Shown: piece by piece, positions 32,497 through 43,471 of the stretch
Numbering within the stretch: the first letter of the stretch is position 1
Layout: each line of letters begins with the position of its first letter
DNA from: Epithemia pelagica
Taxonomy: Eukaryota; Protista; Bacillariophyta
Assembly (NCBI GenBank): GCA_946965045.2
Contig: OX337242.1
Coordinates: 1,054,001 to 1,118,000 of the forward strand
DNA length: 64,000 bases
Direction of reading: 5' to 3'
Made by a program: the position numbers and the translations under genes
The notes under the pieces: generated by a model
Database searches by the model: none
What the model was told of the DNA's origin: nothing
The model's input: only the letters and a program-made list of their open reading frames with translations

Positions 32497-33706
32497 GATC
32501 CGACATGGACCATCGTTGGATTGCTACTTCGGGACGGATGGTGTGGAGCCTTTCGGTTTCTGAGGCCTTCGGCAAAAAGATCTGTTTGATTGTAGGATTC
32601 GGAATTTGTGAACTCCTCAACGGACATGATTCTTGTGACCGACGTGCGATCTCTTGGACAGGCGCGAAGCGACACGTGCTTCAGGATGTGTTCGTAGTTT
32701 CTTCTTCGTTGTCTGTACTGATGTGGAGTGACGTGGCCGATGCTGGACAGACTTCGGCGACTGACATTCGAGGTGCGACTGCACCGCCTCGTCGCGAGGC
32801 GAGCATCCGATTTTGATCCCTCGGACTCTACGATTCGAATGACCGAATGCAAAGGTGCCGATGTTTTGAGAAGAGCTCACTCTTCTGGATTCCAGCATTC
32901 TTGCAGGCCTAAAGACGAGTTCAAGACGATCGCAACGATCTTAGCTAGTTTAAAAATTCCCCTAACCCGCCCTGGAGCCTTTCGGTTTCTGAGGCCTTCG
33001 GTAAAAAGATCTGTTTGATTGTAGGATTCGGAATTTGTGAACTCCTCAACGGACATGATTCTTGTGACCGACGTGCGATCTCTTGGACAGGCGCGAAGCG
33101 ACACGTGCTTCAGGATGTGTTCGTAGTTTCTTCTTCGCGGAGTAAGGATACGAGTACTCGTAGAGCCTCGCACTTAGTTCTCCCCTACCAACATCACAGA
33201 CAGATGCTTTTGTCCCTGTACGAGTGCCTGTAGTTATGCCTACTCGTACAGTACAAGCCCTTCGTTCCGATTCGGATCTCCGATCCCGAATCCCGAACGT
33301 CTACAACTCGGGAGTGCACGAGAACAACATGAGAACTGGTGTGTTGCGAGTTGGGATTTTGTAAAGTCGAACAGAACGAGCAAGAAAAGCGACGAACGCA
33401 CTGTTCCCGCTGACTGTCACATTGCGGGAATGAGAGAGTCGAAGTATCTTGAGCCGGAACCATATCGTTTTTGACGAGGACTGATGGGGCCATGATTGTC
33501 TGAAACAAAAAGAATAGATGTCCGTTACTCTACTCCTACCTACAATGTGGCGCAATCATCATTTTTTTTGTTACACTAGCGTTCTTTTCTAGGGCTTTAA
33601 ATTTACAGTTCTATCAAACATACATTGACTGATGTGTTCCAACATGAGACTCTTGTTTCTTTTCCACATCTGGAACTGGAAGCCCCCTCCTGTAGTAGAG
33701 GAACAT

Positions 33707-34516
33707 TTATTTCAGCGACCGCGCAACAGCATAGTCACCATTGCCAAGAATACGAGCCATGAGCCGTGCCGAACGGGAAAATGACCTGGATGTCGAGTAT
33801 ATTATGGATTCAACATCTTGTTCACCTCGATACATGGATTGTGTTTCCAACACACCATGAATGGCCGCTTTTCGTTTGGCAGTCAAATTATTTGAAACCG
33901 CGATTTCCAGTCCACGCACCGCAGTATTCGCGATCCGACTGCAGTGTGTAACGTCCTGGTTAGTTGCCTTTTCACAAACATTCAAGACTTCTTCCAATTC
34001 TTTGCTGTATCTCGATGCGGCAGCCACTGAAGCAAGCTTTCTCGAATATTTGCGAAAATATCTATAATCTTCTTGATTGTACCAGATCATTTCGTGCTCT
34101 TCCGGCGATATAGGCTCGGGGCTCGAAGAGTACCGTACAACCATCCGAGGTCGGAACGAAAGGTGGTCTGTTTCCATCGCAAATCGGACTCTCCGAAGTC
34201 TCTGTGGCTCTTGCTGTAGAGGAGGGAAGCTACCGAGACTAGAAAAAGAAGCATCACTGGAACTCTCCGCTGCGGTGGATTCGTTGTCAGATGCTTCTTC
34301 TTCGTATAAATGTTTGTACGTTTTCCTGTTCAACGCGAAACTGTCCTTTGGGATACCATCACTGTCGTCATCAGAGCATGATGGAACAAAGTCGCTTTTT
34401 TGGCGGTGGAATTGCATCAACTCTGTCTGCATCTCATTGTTTTTGTCGACCAGTTCGTGTAATGAGGCCATCAGGGGGTCCATTGTAAGCGGTTCATCCA
34501 CTGTTACTCGCGCCAT
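33707..34516 (-). CDS. Diatom-specific hypothetical protein (RVRF...WY...RGLE family)
   Basis: RRVRF, MIWYNQEDY, VRGLE, HGVLETQ and SRSARLMARILGNGD motifs shared with 9381-10019 and 62808-63716. Confidence 0.75.
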   Translation of the reverse strand: MARVTVDEPLTMDPLMASLHELVDKNNEMQTELMQFHRQKSDFVPSCSDDDSDGIPKDSFALNRKTYKHLYEEEASDNESTAAESSSDASFSSLGSFPPLQQEPQRLRRVRFAMETDHLSFRPRMVVRYSSSPEPISPEEHEMIWYNQEDYRYFRKYSRKLASVAAASRYSKELEEVLNVCEKATNQDVTHCSRIANTAVRGLEIAVSNNLTAKRKAAIHGVLETQSMYRGEQDVESIIYSTSRSFSRSARLMARILGNGDYAVARSLK

Positions 34517-35802
34517 TATTGGATTATTGGACTAATAATAAACTTAGCAAACGATTGGAGTGGATTGGAATGCTCACGAAAACAATGAGCCTCTGGATAT
34601 TGTATCTCCTCCTTTTGGGCAGTTTCTAAGACCCACCTGGATTTGTGGATGCACGAATCGTCGGAGCAAGACTTGTCGTGAATTTGATCAACGCAAAAAG
34701 TGGTCGATACCCGCCTCCACGATAGAACAAGATCCCATTCAAGACAGTTAGAGTAATTGCCCTTGTTGGTCAGCATTCCCGATACCACGATGGAAATAGG
34801 GGCTATTTAAAATTTTGTATATGAATCCGTTATCGGTTCGCTCAATGAATATCGCTACCAAAAACCAACTTTGATATTTTCCTTAGGGCCTTCAACTTAC
34901 TTTTAACCCCAGGATTGAGCCCAATCGCGACACTTATTGAAAGGGTAGTTCTTAGTCGTTAGCGAAAAGAAAAAAGAAAGAAAACATCATAATACAAGTA
35001 CGAGTATTTAGAAGCGATAGCACCTATACTACAGTATACGAGTTGTACAATACCCTGGAAGAAAGTTACCAGTACGAATTACTTTTATTTGATGGAAGTG
35101 TTAGGGCTATTGTAATATTTAATTGAATGAAGACTTAAGACTTGAGCTCTCCTCCAGTCTCCAGTTACCCAATACTCGTACTCGGACCCGATGCTGGTAC
35201 CAATACCCAACTATGAGTAACTCGTACTCGTACTGCTAGAGAGTGCCAGACTATACTCGTAAAAATGTCAATTTTATGTCTTCCCAAGACCAAGCGTACC
35301 TAGGTACCTCCGGCATGGCTTTTGATTGCGACGCCTATGAACAAAAAATGGAGCTGCAACATCGGAAGAGGGTCTAGTTGCTCTGTTGATACTATAGCCT
35401 TCATTCACGACGGATTCTCACAAACGATACGAGGCAGCAAAGTACCAAAGAGCCATGCGCTTCCTATTGCTATTGCCTGTGACTCTTGAGATCCGAGACG
35501 TGCACCATGCTTTCCATCTCAATGAAACATGGTTAAAGAACTGAAGATACGCCCTATGTCGCGATAACCGCGTCCTTCCTCGTGATGTTTACCAAAATGC
35601 AGAGGCGCATATCATGACTAACAGGATCCAGAACCACATCACGGAGCGGAGAGTGAATAAATCTAGCAACGAATGACTTTGCAAAGCATTGGATAATGTG
35701 AATGTGGCCCCCTCATCATAAGATGTCCAGAATCATGAGGCAGTAATGAAGAACAGAACAGCCTTTCCCTCTGAGGTGAACGTTTAAAGTTCGATAGTTC
35801 CT

Positions 35803-36214
35803 CTATACCATTACAGCTCTCCAGAGCGCGCGACCTATCCATTCCGTCGCACAGCCAAAAACTAACAGATATGCAAAGGTAATGGCATGCCAGCCACAAA
35901 ATGCGACAAACCAGAGGGGCCATGCTCGGTCCACATCTGCATCAATTATCGTACCTTTGATCACCGTTCCTCTGGGAAGGGACGGTGTGTTGTTGTCCAC
36001 AAGTGGACCTAGACGAAACACCTTCAGGGCAGCAGGAGCTTCACGAAAAAGCGTGAGAAAGGCCAACATAGAGGATAGAGGAAGTGTCGGCGCGGCTGTG
36101 GGACAAAAGATGCGTTCTCGGATCAGTGTAACCGCTAGTACAATGTGAGGAGCCACAATGGTGGCAGCGCACCCCCACAACGCCTTAGAAGATCCCAGCA
36201 CTTTGGGAACAATA
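35803..36214 (-). pseudogene. menA: 3' part of the MenA-like prenyltransferase gene, separated by the 36215-42331 transposon
   Basis: PKVLG..APHIVLA..WPLWFVAFCGWH C-terminal UbiA/MenA-like segment. It rejoins the 5' part in frame when the element and one TA are removed. Confidence 0.75.
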
Positions 36215-36725
36215 CCAGCTAACGGTGTAAACGGTCGTAGCCGGCCTTGCCGAGACACGCCTTCATTTACTATGACACAAATAGTGAGAAGCCCTTTTGT
36301 TAAATGAAAAACTACCAACAGCCAAAATTTTGGAGATTTAGGGTAGCCCCTAGCTTGGACCCGTTTCAACGGATCTATTGGACCCCTGAGAGCGAGACCA
36401 ACGGTCGGAAATGATCCAATGGTCATCCAAGCAACATTCCCCGCCGTTGGTCTCGCTCTCAGACATCCAATAGGTTCCCAAATTTGGCTCCTAAAAGAAC
36501 AGCCCCTTTTTTCGTCGGATGGTACCCACCAAAAAATGAGCGGCCTATGGAACTTCAGCCGACGCACCAACACTAGCATTAATACCAGTACAGTAAATCT
36601 ATGTTAATCGCACATTAGTCTCATCCAATTTTCCAAAAACCAACCATCTCGTCCAACTGCGTTTGACTTGATTTCGATACCATTATAAGGATTACATCCC
36701 TATCCCCGAGAGACAACAACCAACG

Positions 36726-39700
36726 ATGTCTGCATGCTCTTCTCACCAAGCAAACGAAACAGGAACCATGGATCCCTGCGCCTGTTGCCCCCTAAGCAAC
36801 GACCTATTTCTACCCTCATCATTGCGAGAGAATTGCAGCACCTCTGCCAACAAAGAAAATACTGGTGATCCAATCAGTTCCACCTCAACGAAAGTCACAA
36901 AGAACAAGAAGAAACCAGCTAAAACTCCCTTACAACCACAACGTCGTTCGCGGAGACAGCCCTCTCGTGGCTCGAGAAAGAGAGGAGGCGGTCCTCCACC
37001 TCCTGCCTCTGCGGCATCTCCAAACAAACGAACAAGAAGCCAACGCCAAGAAGATAATGCACCCGTTGAAGACACTGTTTTCGAGCTCCGCCGCATCCAC
37101 AAGATCATCGAAGACTTCAAGAATGAAGACTGGGTCCCCTGCTCTGTTTTCGGATCTAACCGTTTGAAAGAATGGGAGGATGAAGATTTTTTCTTCTGTG
37201 GTCAATGTGACAACGCTGACTGGGATGAAAAGTCTGGCGAAAAGCTCAAGGTAAATCGGAAGAGGAAAAAGGGTCCCTACACATGTATTGCCAAGCACCG
37301 TAATTTAGTTAAACCAACGGCCCGTAGATATCCTGATGGTCCACCCCCAAGAATCAACAAGAAGAAACGACGACAAGATCGTCGGCAGAGGCGAAATGAC
37401 CCCCAGCCCATACCTACAAGTCGATTTCAACCTCCTGTTATGGGACCTAGTGCTACTCTCTCCGACATTGAAGAAGAGGATGATGAAGATGACGTTGAAA
37501 ACAACCGTACAATCTCGTCTGTAGAGCAAACAGAACCTCAACCATTGGTCGATGATGGAACAGGCCCACCTGTACAAGAAGAAGCTTCTACTCCCATAGA
37601 AAGTCAAGGAAATCAGTTAAATGATTCGGAATCAAGCGAGTCTGAAGCACCTGTTGAACAAGACAATACTGTTACGATGGCCGTTGATTCTTCTGTAGAT
37701 ATGCCAGTGCCCATACAACCATTGAACCCGTCAATCAACCTTTCTGAGTTATCACTACAAGAAGAAGTGAGACTGTTGAAAGAACGTCTTAGAAAATCGG
37801 AAGAACAAGTAGAGACTCAAACAAAGAAGCTTCGCAACGAATCAGACAAGCTGCGAGACGCTAAGAAGAAGATAGAAGAGCTCGAACGAAATTGTGCCAC
37901 ATGCAAAAGTCGTCGCCTACCCACCTGTGTCACATCGAATGACCAGGCAGACACACTCGTACAACATATCAGGAGTGTCATTGAAGATGCAACCAAGAAC
38001 ATCCGGAGTAGTAATAGTCGTGCTTTGAAGTATTTCTACGGCCAAGTCGCAGAGTTGTGTCTCGACGAGAGCGTCCACGAAGGGCAACTCAAGCAATGTT
38101 CTTACTCAGTCTTTCGAGACTATGTAAGGCAGAATATCTATACCCCCCACCGTGTACTGAAACAAATGGATCTTCGGGGGGGTATACTGAACTACGAAGG
38201 CATCGAACTACTGCGTTCCGTAGAGACAGATGGTGTTCCTAGAGAGAAGACGCTCCTACCTAGTTCTGGTTGTATGAAAGCCTACGCTGCTTTGGTAGAG
38301 AGCTTTGGACGCAACATCTGTCCCTTCATCATGAAGACAAGCTCGAAAAATGGCTCCGAAGGTTTTGCTTTTCGTGCAGCCGATGTACTCCTTTGTCTTC
38401 TGAAGGCTGGTCATCTTCTAAACTCCGAGGCCGTGGTGAGGTCGATACGAATCGCTGCCAGTCTTGATGGCGCACAATTTACTAAGAATTTGTCACACAC
38501 CTTGGTTGGTATCAAATTCAACGATCCATCCAACCCATATGCGCAGTCACAACAATCAGTCTTTCCCGTTGGATGTGTGGCAATGCCAGAAACGACTGAG
38601 AACGTGGTTGGAGTTTTTGCAAGAACCTTGGAAGAAATCAAGGAAGCCGTTGGAGTTGTATCCAAGGCACATAAGATCAAGAAACCCACACTCTGCTTCA
38701 ATTGCGATATGAAATGTGATTGGGAACTCAGTGGACGAGGGGGTGCCGCCAAGCAGCATACTTATCCCTGTTCTAAATGCGCCATTCACAGTGGACAGCT
38801 GTGTCAACCATCGGGGATAAAACCAGACAAGTGCAAAACCTGTACTCAATTGGATCATCATCATGACCCATCTTGGATTTGCCGCCATGTAAAGATGCTC
38901 ACTGAGGAGCATACTGCAACCTTGAAGAAAGAGGTCGACGACTTCCGTAATGGTCCCCTGCCTCTAATCGCTAAAGACCTTGCTTTGCTTGAGGAGCATA
39001 GCGAACTGTCGATGCAAGATGATCCCAATATTGTTGCAACGGAGATGCAAGCCAACGATATCCTTTCGATCCAATTTGACTTGAACCGGGCGACACAGGA
39101 GCAGAGGCAAGAGTATTCTCGACTGGTCACGTCAGATTTGAGGTTGCGTCGACTCCAAATGACAGGATCGTTGGAGGAACGACAGGAGCGTTTAAAGAAT
39201 CAGAGAGTCAAGGAATGGTCCTACAAAAGAGCATTGGAATGTCTGGACAATGCCAAGGCCTCCCAGAAGCGTATTGCCATCGTGCTTATGATGGACGCCA
39301 TTCCATGCTTGCTCCATCTCGAGAATCGAATGGGGATCAAGTTTCTGACCATGGTGCTAAAGACGGGGATGAACAACGCGATAAATCCAAAGGACGGCGT
39401 TGAATTGGAGTGGATGCCTCCTACAACAACAACAAAGGAAGACCGATGTGCTGCATTCGTCAGCAAGGTCAATGACATTATGAATTCAACAATTCTGGGA
39501 TCAGAGGACCAACCAACCCAATGGACAGTGCCATACGACACCAAAACTTGCAAGATTGGAGACATTACAATGGATAACGTGAGGATTCGAAAGCTCCTCA
39601 TCAAATTCGAGTTGTTGATTGATTGTTGCTTTGTGGATAACGAGAAGGCCGCCCTCTTTAAGTCTGCAATCTACTATTTCAGGGAGGGTCTGAAGAAAGT

Positions 39701-40410
39701 GAACGTGCGACATGAAATGTCGGACAGTGAGATCTTTGCTTTTCAGAAAGATATCGACTACTTCTACAGAGATTGGTGCTCATTGTATGGAGTCGAGGGG
39801 ATAACAAACTACGCCCATATGCTGGGTAGTGGCCATTGCATGGAATATCTATTGCATTGGCGTAACTTATGGTTGCATAGTCAACAAGGCTGGGAAGGTA
39901 AGTTCAATCCACAACGGTGTATTTGACTGAGGGCTCCATCAACTGACGGCTGACCACCAATGTGTTATAGCCTTTAACAGTTTGTTTAAAAGGTTCTACT
40001 TCTCTCGGACACAGAGAGGAGGCGCGGGGAATCGGGGAACGGCGGAGAAGAGTAGGTTGCGGTCAATGGCCCGATGGTTGCAGCGCCGAATGGTGTTCCT
40101 CATTGGAACCACTGAGGAAGAGATAAAACAACAACTGGATCGGTCGCAAGAAGAGATAGAAAACTTCGATGAATGGATTCGTGAGAATGGGGGGACACTG
40201 GAGTATGGCTTGTCAAACAAGGACGGACCAATTCGACTGGAGGATTTGGAGGGGGCAGTGGTCGATGACTGGGAAGTTGGTCTCCCTCCGAAACAGAAAT
40301 CGCCGCAACAATCTTCCGGACAAGTTCCGGAAGAAGCAAATCTCAGAACTGTGGACCTGTTGCGTATATTGGATCAGAATGATGATCTGGAGAATCTAAA
40401 TAATGAGTAA
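36726..40410 (+). CDS. RAG1/Transib-like DDE transposase, 2 exons (36726-39897, 39971-40410), ~1203 aa
   Basis: SLDG (D at 38466), CDMK (D at 38706), YPCSKC, IPCLLH, TNYAHMLGSGH. After the intron (GTAAGT..TAG) the sequence reads SQQGWEAFNSLFKRF (E at 39894). Motif order and spacing match the RAG1 core. Confidence 0.8.
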
Positions 40411-40461
40411 TGAGAAGCACTTTATGGAACGACACTAGATTCTTATATATCTTATTGCAAA

Positions 40462-42003
40462 CTAGTTGAACTGACGAATTAGGAGAAGGACCTCGTCAGC
40501 ATCTTCCCATTTATGAATCTCTTGTTGATCCATGGGGAGGTCGTGGTCGTAGAACACTCCGCCGATAATACGAGACACAACAAACGGGCCATTCTCGTTA
40601 CGGTTGACTGCTATGACCTCATACACGTTTTGCTCGTCCCAGTCAGTGAACTGGTGGCCGATCTTGATACGGCTACTGGGGGAGTCTTGGGCAGTCGACT
40701 TGGCAATTTTGTTAGGTGAAGCAGGGCTTGGTGCTTTAGAGGGCTCGGAATCACTCTCGGTGGTGTCGGAAGGTTCATGTTGGTAGACATCGGTCGTGTC
40801 AGTCTTATCGTCAGATGATGTTGGTGTTCCTTGGAGAATGTTCTTGAGGTCCTCAGTGGGAGGGTCATTCTTGAGCTTTCCCTTGTGGTCAAGGGAGTAC
40901 TGATACTGCTCGTATCCCACTACAACGCGACAATGAAAGTCGGACCAACAAAGGTCAACTCGCTGGTCGCGAGATCTGACTTTGAAATTTTCTTTTTCCT
41001 CGGATGTAGATCCCTTCACAAGTGTCACACGGTGCTCGGGCTTGAGGGAAGTTCCATTGGGACCGTCGGCAAGAGTGGGTTTGCGATCGGTACACCCATA
41101 AGTACTGCCGAATCCAAGCAAGCCTCGTAAGAACTGGAGGTCGTCAGAACTCCGAAACCGAATAATGGTGGTGGGGTAGCTCATCTTTACTTTCTTCCTG
41201 GTGAACTTGGGGTCGATATCGAGATAGGACGCAGAACCCTTGGTTGTATGGATGTCTATGCCTTGGATTCGACAAAGCTGGACAATATAGGTCCAGGTTT
41301 CTGTAGGTACAAGGCCAATGGTATCGCCAGTCACTTCGTGTTCCTCGGCCTGGCCAGAAGATTTGTTCAACAATTTCACGAGAGCCTTGCGAAGAAGGAA
41401 TAGGCCAACAAAAGATGACTGGTGAAAGCATCTTGGGGGACGAACTGCCTTATCCACAATGAAACGACAAGCGTGCTCGTTCGGAAAGCAAAGCTTTGTC
41501 TTCTCCTCTAATGGATGTAGACAACCAACCGGAGGATCACTGTCAATGATGGGCATCCGGAAACGAACAAAGAAGAAATTGTTAAGGCCTTCAGTCCAAC
41601 TGTTCTTGGGAGACTTGAATTCATGTAGGGAAAATACAAAAGCCGGGTGGGAAATAACGGAGGAGGCATCTTCTACGACGTCAAATGTAGTGGACGATTC
41701 GTACAGTTCCGTGTTTCGTGAACCAAGGCCCAGCATCACCCTGGTGTAATTGTGCTTGGGCAGTTTGGGGTGAGACTGGTCATTTAGATTGTAGCGGGGA
41801 AACAAAGGAGGGAACAACACAAACCTGAGGCCGGTGGCATTGATTCGAGAGTGGATGCGTGCGATCGTCGTATCGTCTTTCTGTCCGGGAAGATGGATGT
41901 GGACAAACGACCCGATGCGGAGGTGATCGTCGAGTCTCTTTACGTAGAAAGGCGGCTTGTTGATGTCCGGTACACTCCGAAACATGGTGGATTTAGGATA
42001 CAA
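40462..42003 (-). CDS. Transposon accessory protein of unknown function (possible BAH-like beta domain)
   Basis: Uninterrupted 513-codon ORF inside the TIRs, tail-to-tail with the transposase (51 bp between stops). The BAH resemblance is only a pattern impression. Confidence 0.7.
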   Translation of the reverse strand: MYPKSTMFRSVPDINKPPFYVKRLDDHLRIGSFVHIHLPGQKDDTTIARIHSRINATGLRFVLFPPLFPRYNLNDQSHPKLPKHNYTRVMLGLGSRNTELYESSTTFDVVEDASSVISHPAFVFSLHEFKSPKNSWTEGLNNFFFVRFRMPIIDSDPPVGCLHPLEEKTKLCFPNEHACRFIVDKAVRPPRCFHQSSFVGLFLLRKALVKLLNKSSGQAEEHEVTGDTIGLVPTETWTYIVQLCRIQGIDIHTTKGSASYLDIDPKFTRKKVKMSYPTTIIRFRSSDDLQFLRGLLGFGSTYGCTDRKPTLADGPNGTSLKPEHRVTLVKGSTSEEKENFKVRSRDQRVDLCWSDFHCRVVVGYEQYQYSLDHKGKLKNDPPTEDLKNILQGTPTSSDDKTDTTDVYQHEPSDTTESDSEPSKAPSPASPNKIAKSTAQDSPSSRIKIGHQFTDWDEQNVYEVIAVNRNENGPFVVSRIIGGVFYDHDLPMDQQEIHKWEDADEVLLLIRQFN

Positions 42004-42331
42004 AGAACGTCTTTTGTAGTTGACAATCTGAACCTAAGGAGTTGTGCTTGATTGTTGTGTCAAACAACCATCTTGATCGTCTGCATTTGGGTCGTTTGTC
42101 ATTAGTTCTCCATTGGATGTTGGCTTCCGAGTGAGCTTTTGGCAAGAATTGATGAGGTGAATGTGGATGGTGTTGCGACAGAAAAGACATTTATTTCTTA
42201 ACAAAATGAAAGTCGGATTCGGATCCTATATTTTATGTTTAAGGTCGCCAGTCGGCATTTTGGTGAGGGCAGGCGCGTAACTTGGCCCTGGAGGCACGTG
42301 TACACGGGAAACCGTTAACACCGTTAGCTGG

Positions 42332-43471
42332 TATTGAGCGTTCGTTTTCTAGATCGAGTGATCTTGTCCGCTGGAAAGAGATGAAGTAGTTTCGTGTAAG
42401 AAAAGATATCCAGCTCAAAGGAACATTGACAAAAGCATCTCAACGAACATACTGTGTTTGCCCATGATCAAACTGAACCCCGCAAGTCCAAAGATGATAA
42501 CGGCGGGGTCATAAAACAAGGTTGCCGGCCCAGCCCATAGTGCTCCAGCGGCAAGTCGCCTTTTTCAATGATAAAAGAGACAGAACAAGGTTTGGAAAAC
42601 GAAAATGAGTCCTCGGAACATTGTAGAAAAAGTATCCTAATAGACACTGCACGTACCCGAATCCAGCCATGAGTGGACCCCACACAAAGTAGATAAGAAT
42701 TTCGCCCAAAGATAGTGGCTTGAACACAATGGTATAAAAGAACAGGGCAATGATACCATAAACAGCGGCTGGGGCCAACACCGTTTTGCGAAATACATAT
42801 GTCAACAATGCACCAGGCAGACCGACAAGAGCCATTATTCCAAGAAAGCTCGACTTTTTCAGAAAGCCTTGTTTGAGAGCGTGACATCCATAGGCTAAGC
42901 GAAAACTGTCTTCCACACTATCATCGTCGTCCAAATCTTGCCAATCGTTGAGCAAGTTGTGGGTGGCATGCCAAGAAAGACCATCAATTGTAAAAAGAGC
43001 AGCCACGAATGGTGTCAATGGCATGGTAGACCAAGCCGAAGCGGGCAAGGCTGACCGTAGAGCGCCTCGAACAATCAAGGGGCCGAAGCAGGATAAGAGT
43101 GTGAGATGAAGCACAGAAACTCGTGACACAATGGCCAGTCGTTTCGCCAATGGAATGGAATCAAATTGTTCTTGCGTTTCGACAGCAATAGGGACTTCAC
43201 ATATCTCACGCCAGGGAGGATTCAGTGTGGGGGAGGGATTGTTGTTGCTCCTCATTTCACCTTCCTCGTCCTCTGCCGATGATGCTGACCGCAATGGATG
43301 GAAGGATCGGCCATAATTCTCCACATGGCAATGGCGTCGGCGTGTCAGAGTCAAATCAATGTGGAAAGGCGCGAACGCACAAGATCCAGTAGCGCCAAAC
43401 CACGCGTAAGAAAGCGAAATCCAGAACCAGTGCGATATCATGACCACCCGGTTCCGCCTGGCAACAACCAT
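42332..43471 (-). pseudogene. menA: 5' part of the plastid-targeted MenA-like (UbiA family) prenyltransferase, interrupted allele
   Basis: Signal peptide + CAFAP motif, HATHNLLNDWQD, LSLGEILIYFVWGPL. Introns ~42560-42656 and ~42371-42452 give GKHTDKI..RTL. Confidence 0.78.

Larger units (their letters stand above)
25088..33137 (+). mobile_element. Ngaro/PAT-like tyrosine-recombinase (DIRS-order) retrotransposon with split direct repeats
   Basis: A1 25088-25331 = A2 32709-32952 (244 bp). B1 32544-32708 = B2 32973-33137 (165 bp, 1 mismatch). Order A1-ORFs-B1-A2-B2. RT/RH and YR ORFs present; no TSD. Confidence 0.93.
36215..42331. mobile_element. 6.1-kb TIR DNA transposon with a RAG1/Transib-like transposase and a convergent accessory gene
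   Basis: 21-bp TIR with 1 mismatch, CCAGCTAACGGTGT(A/T)AACGGT (36215-35 / 42311-31). TA duplication (36213-14, 42332-33) in a palindromic target CAATATTG. Interrupts a host gene. Confidence 0.85.

Noticed and set aside
35803-36579. 258-aa ORF as an independent gene
   Set aside because: It is a chimera: the first ~120 codons are transposon left-arm sequence and the rest is the stranded menA 3' end.
40462-42003. Calling the partner gene RAG2
   Set aside because: No kelch repeats or PHD Cys/His pattern. Only the position and orientation are similar.
42295-42300. CACGTG as an RSS/Transib-like CAC terminus of the RAG1-like element
   Set aside because: No matching left-hand copy was found. The real TIR pair (36215-35 / 42311-31) lies outside it and restores the host reading frame.
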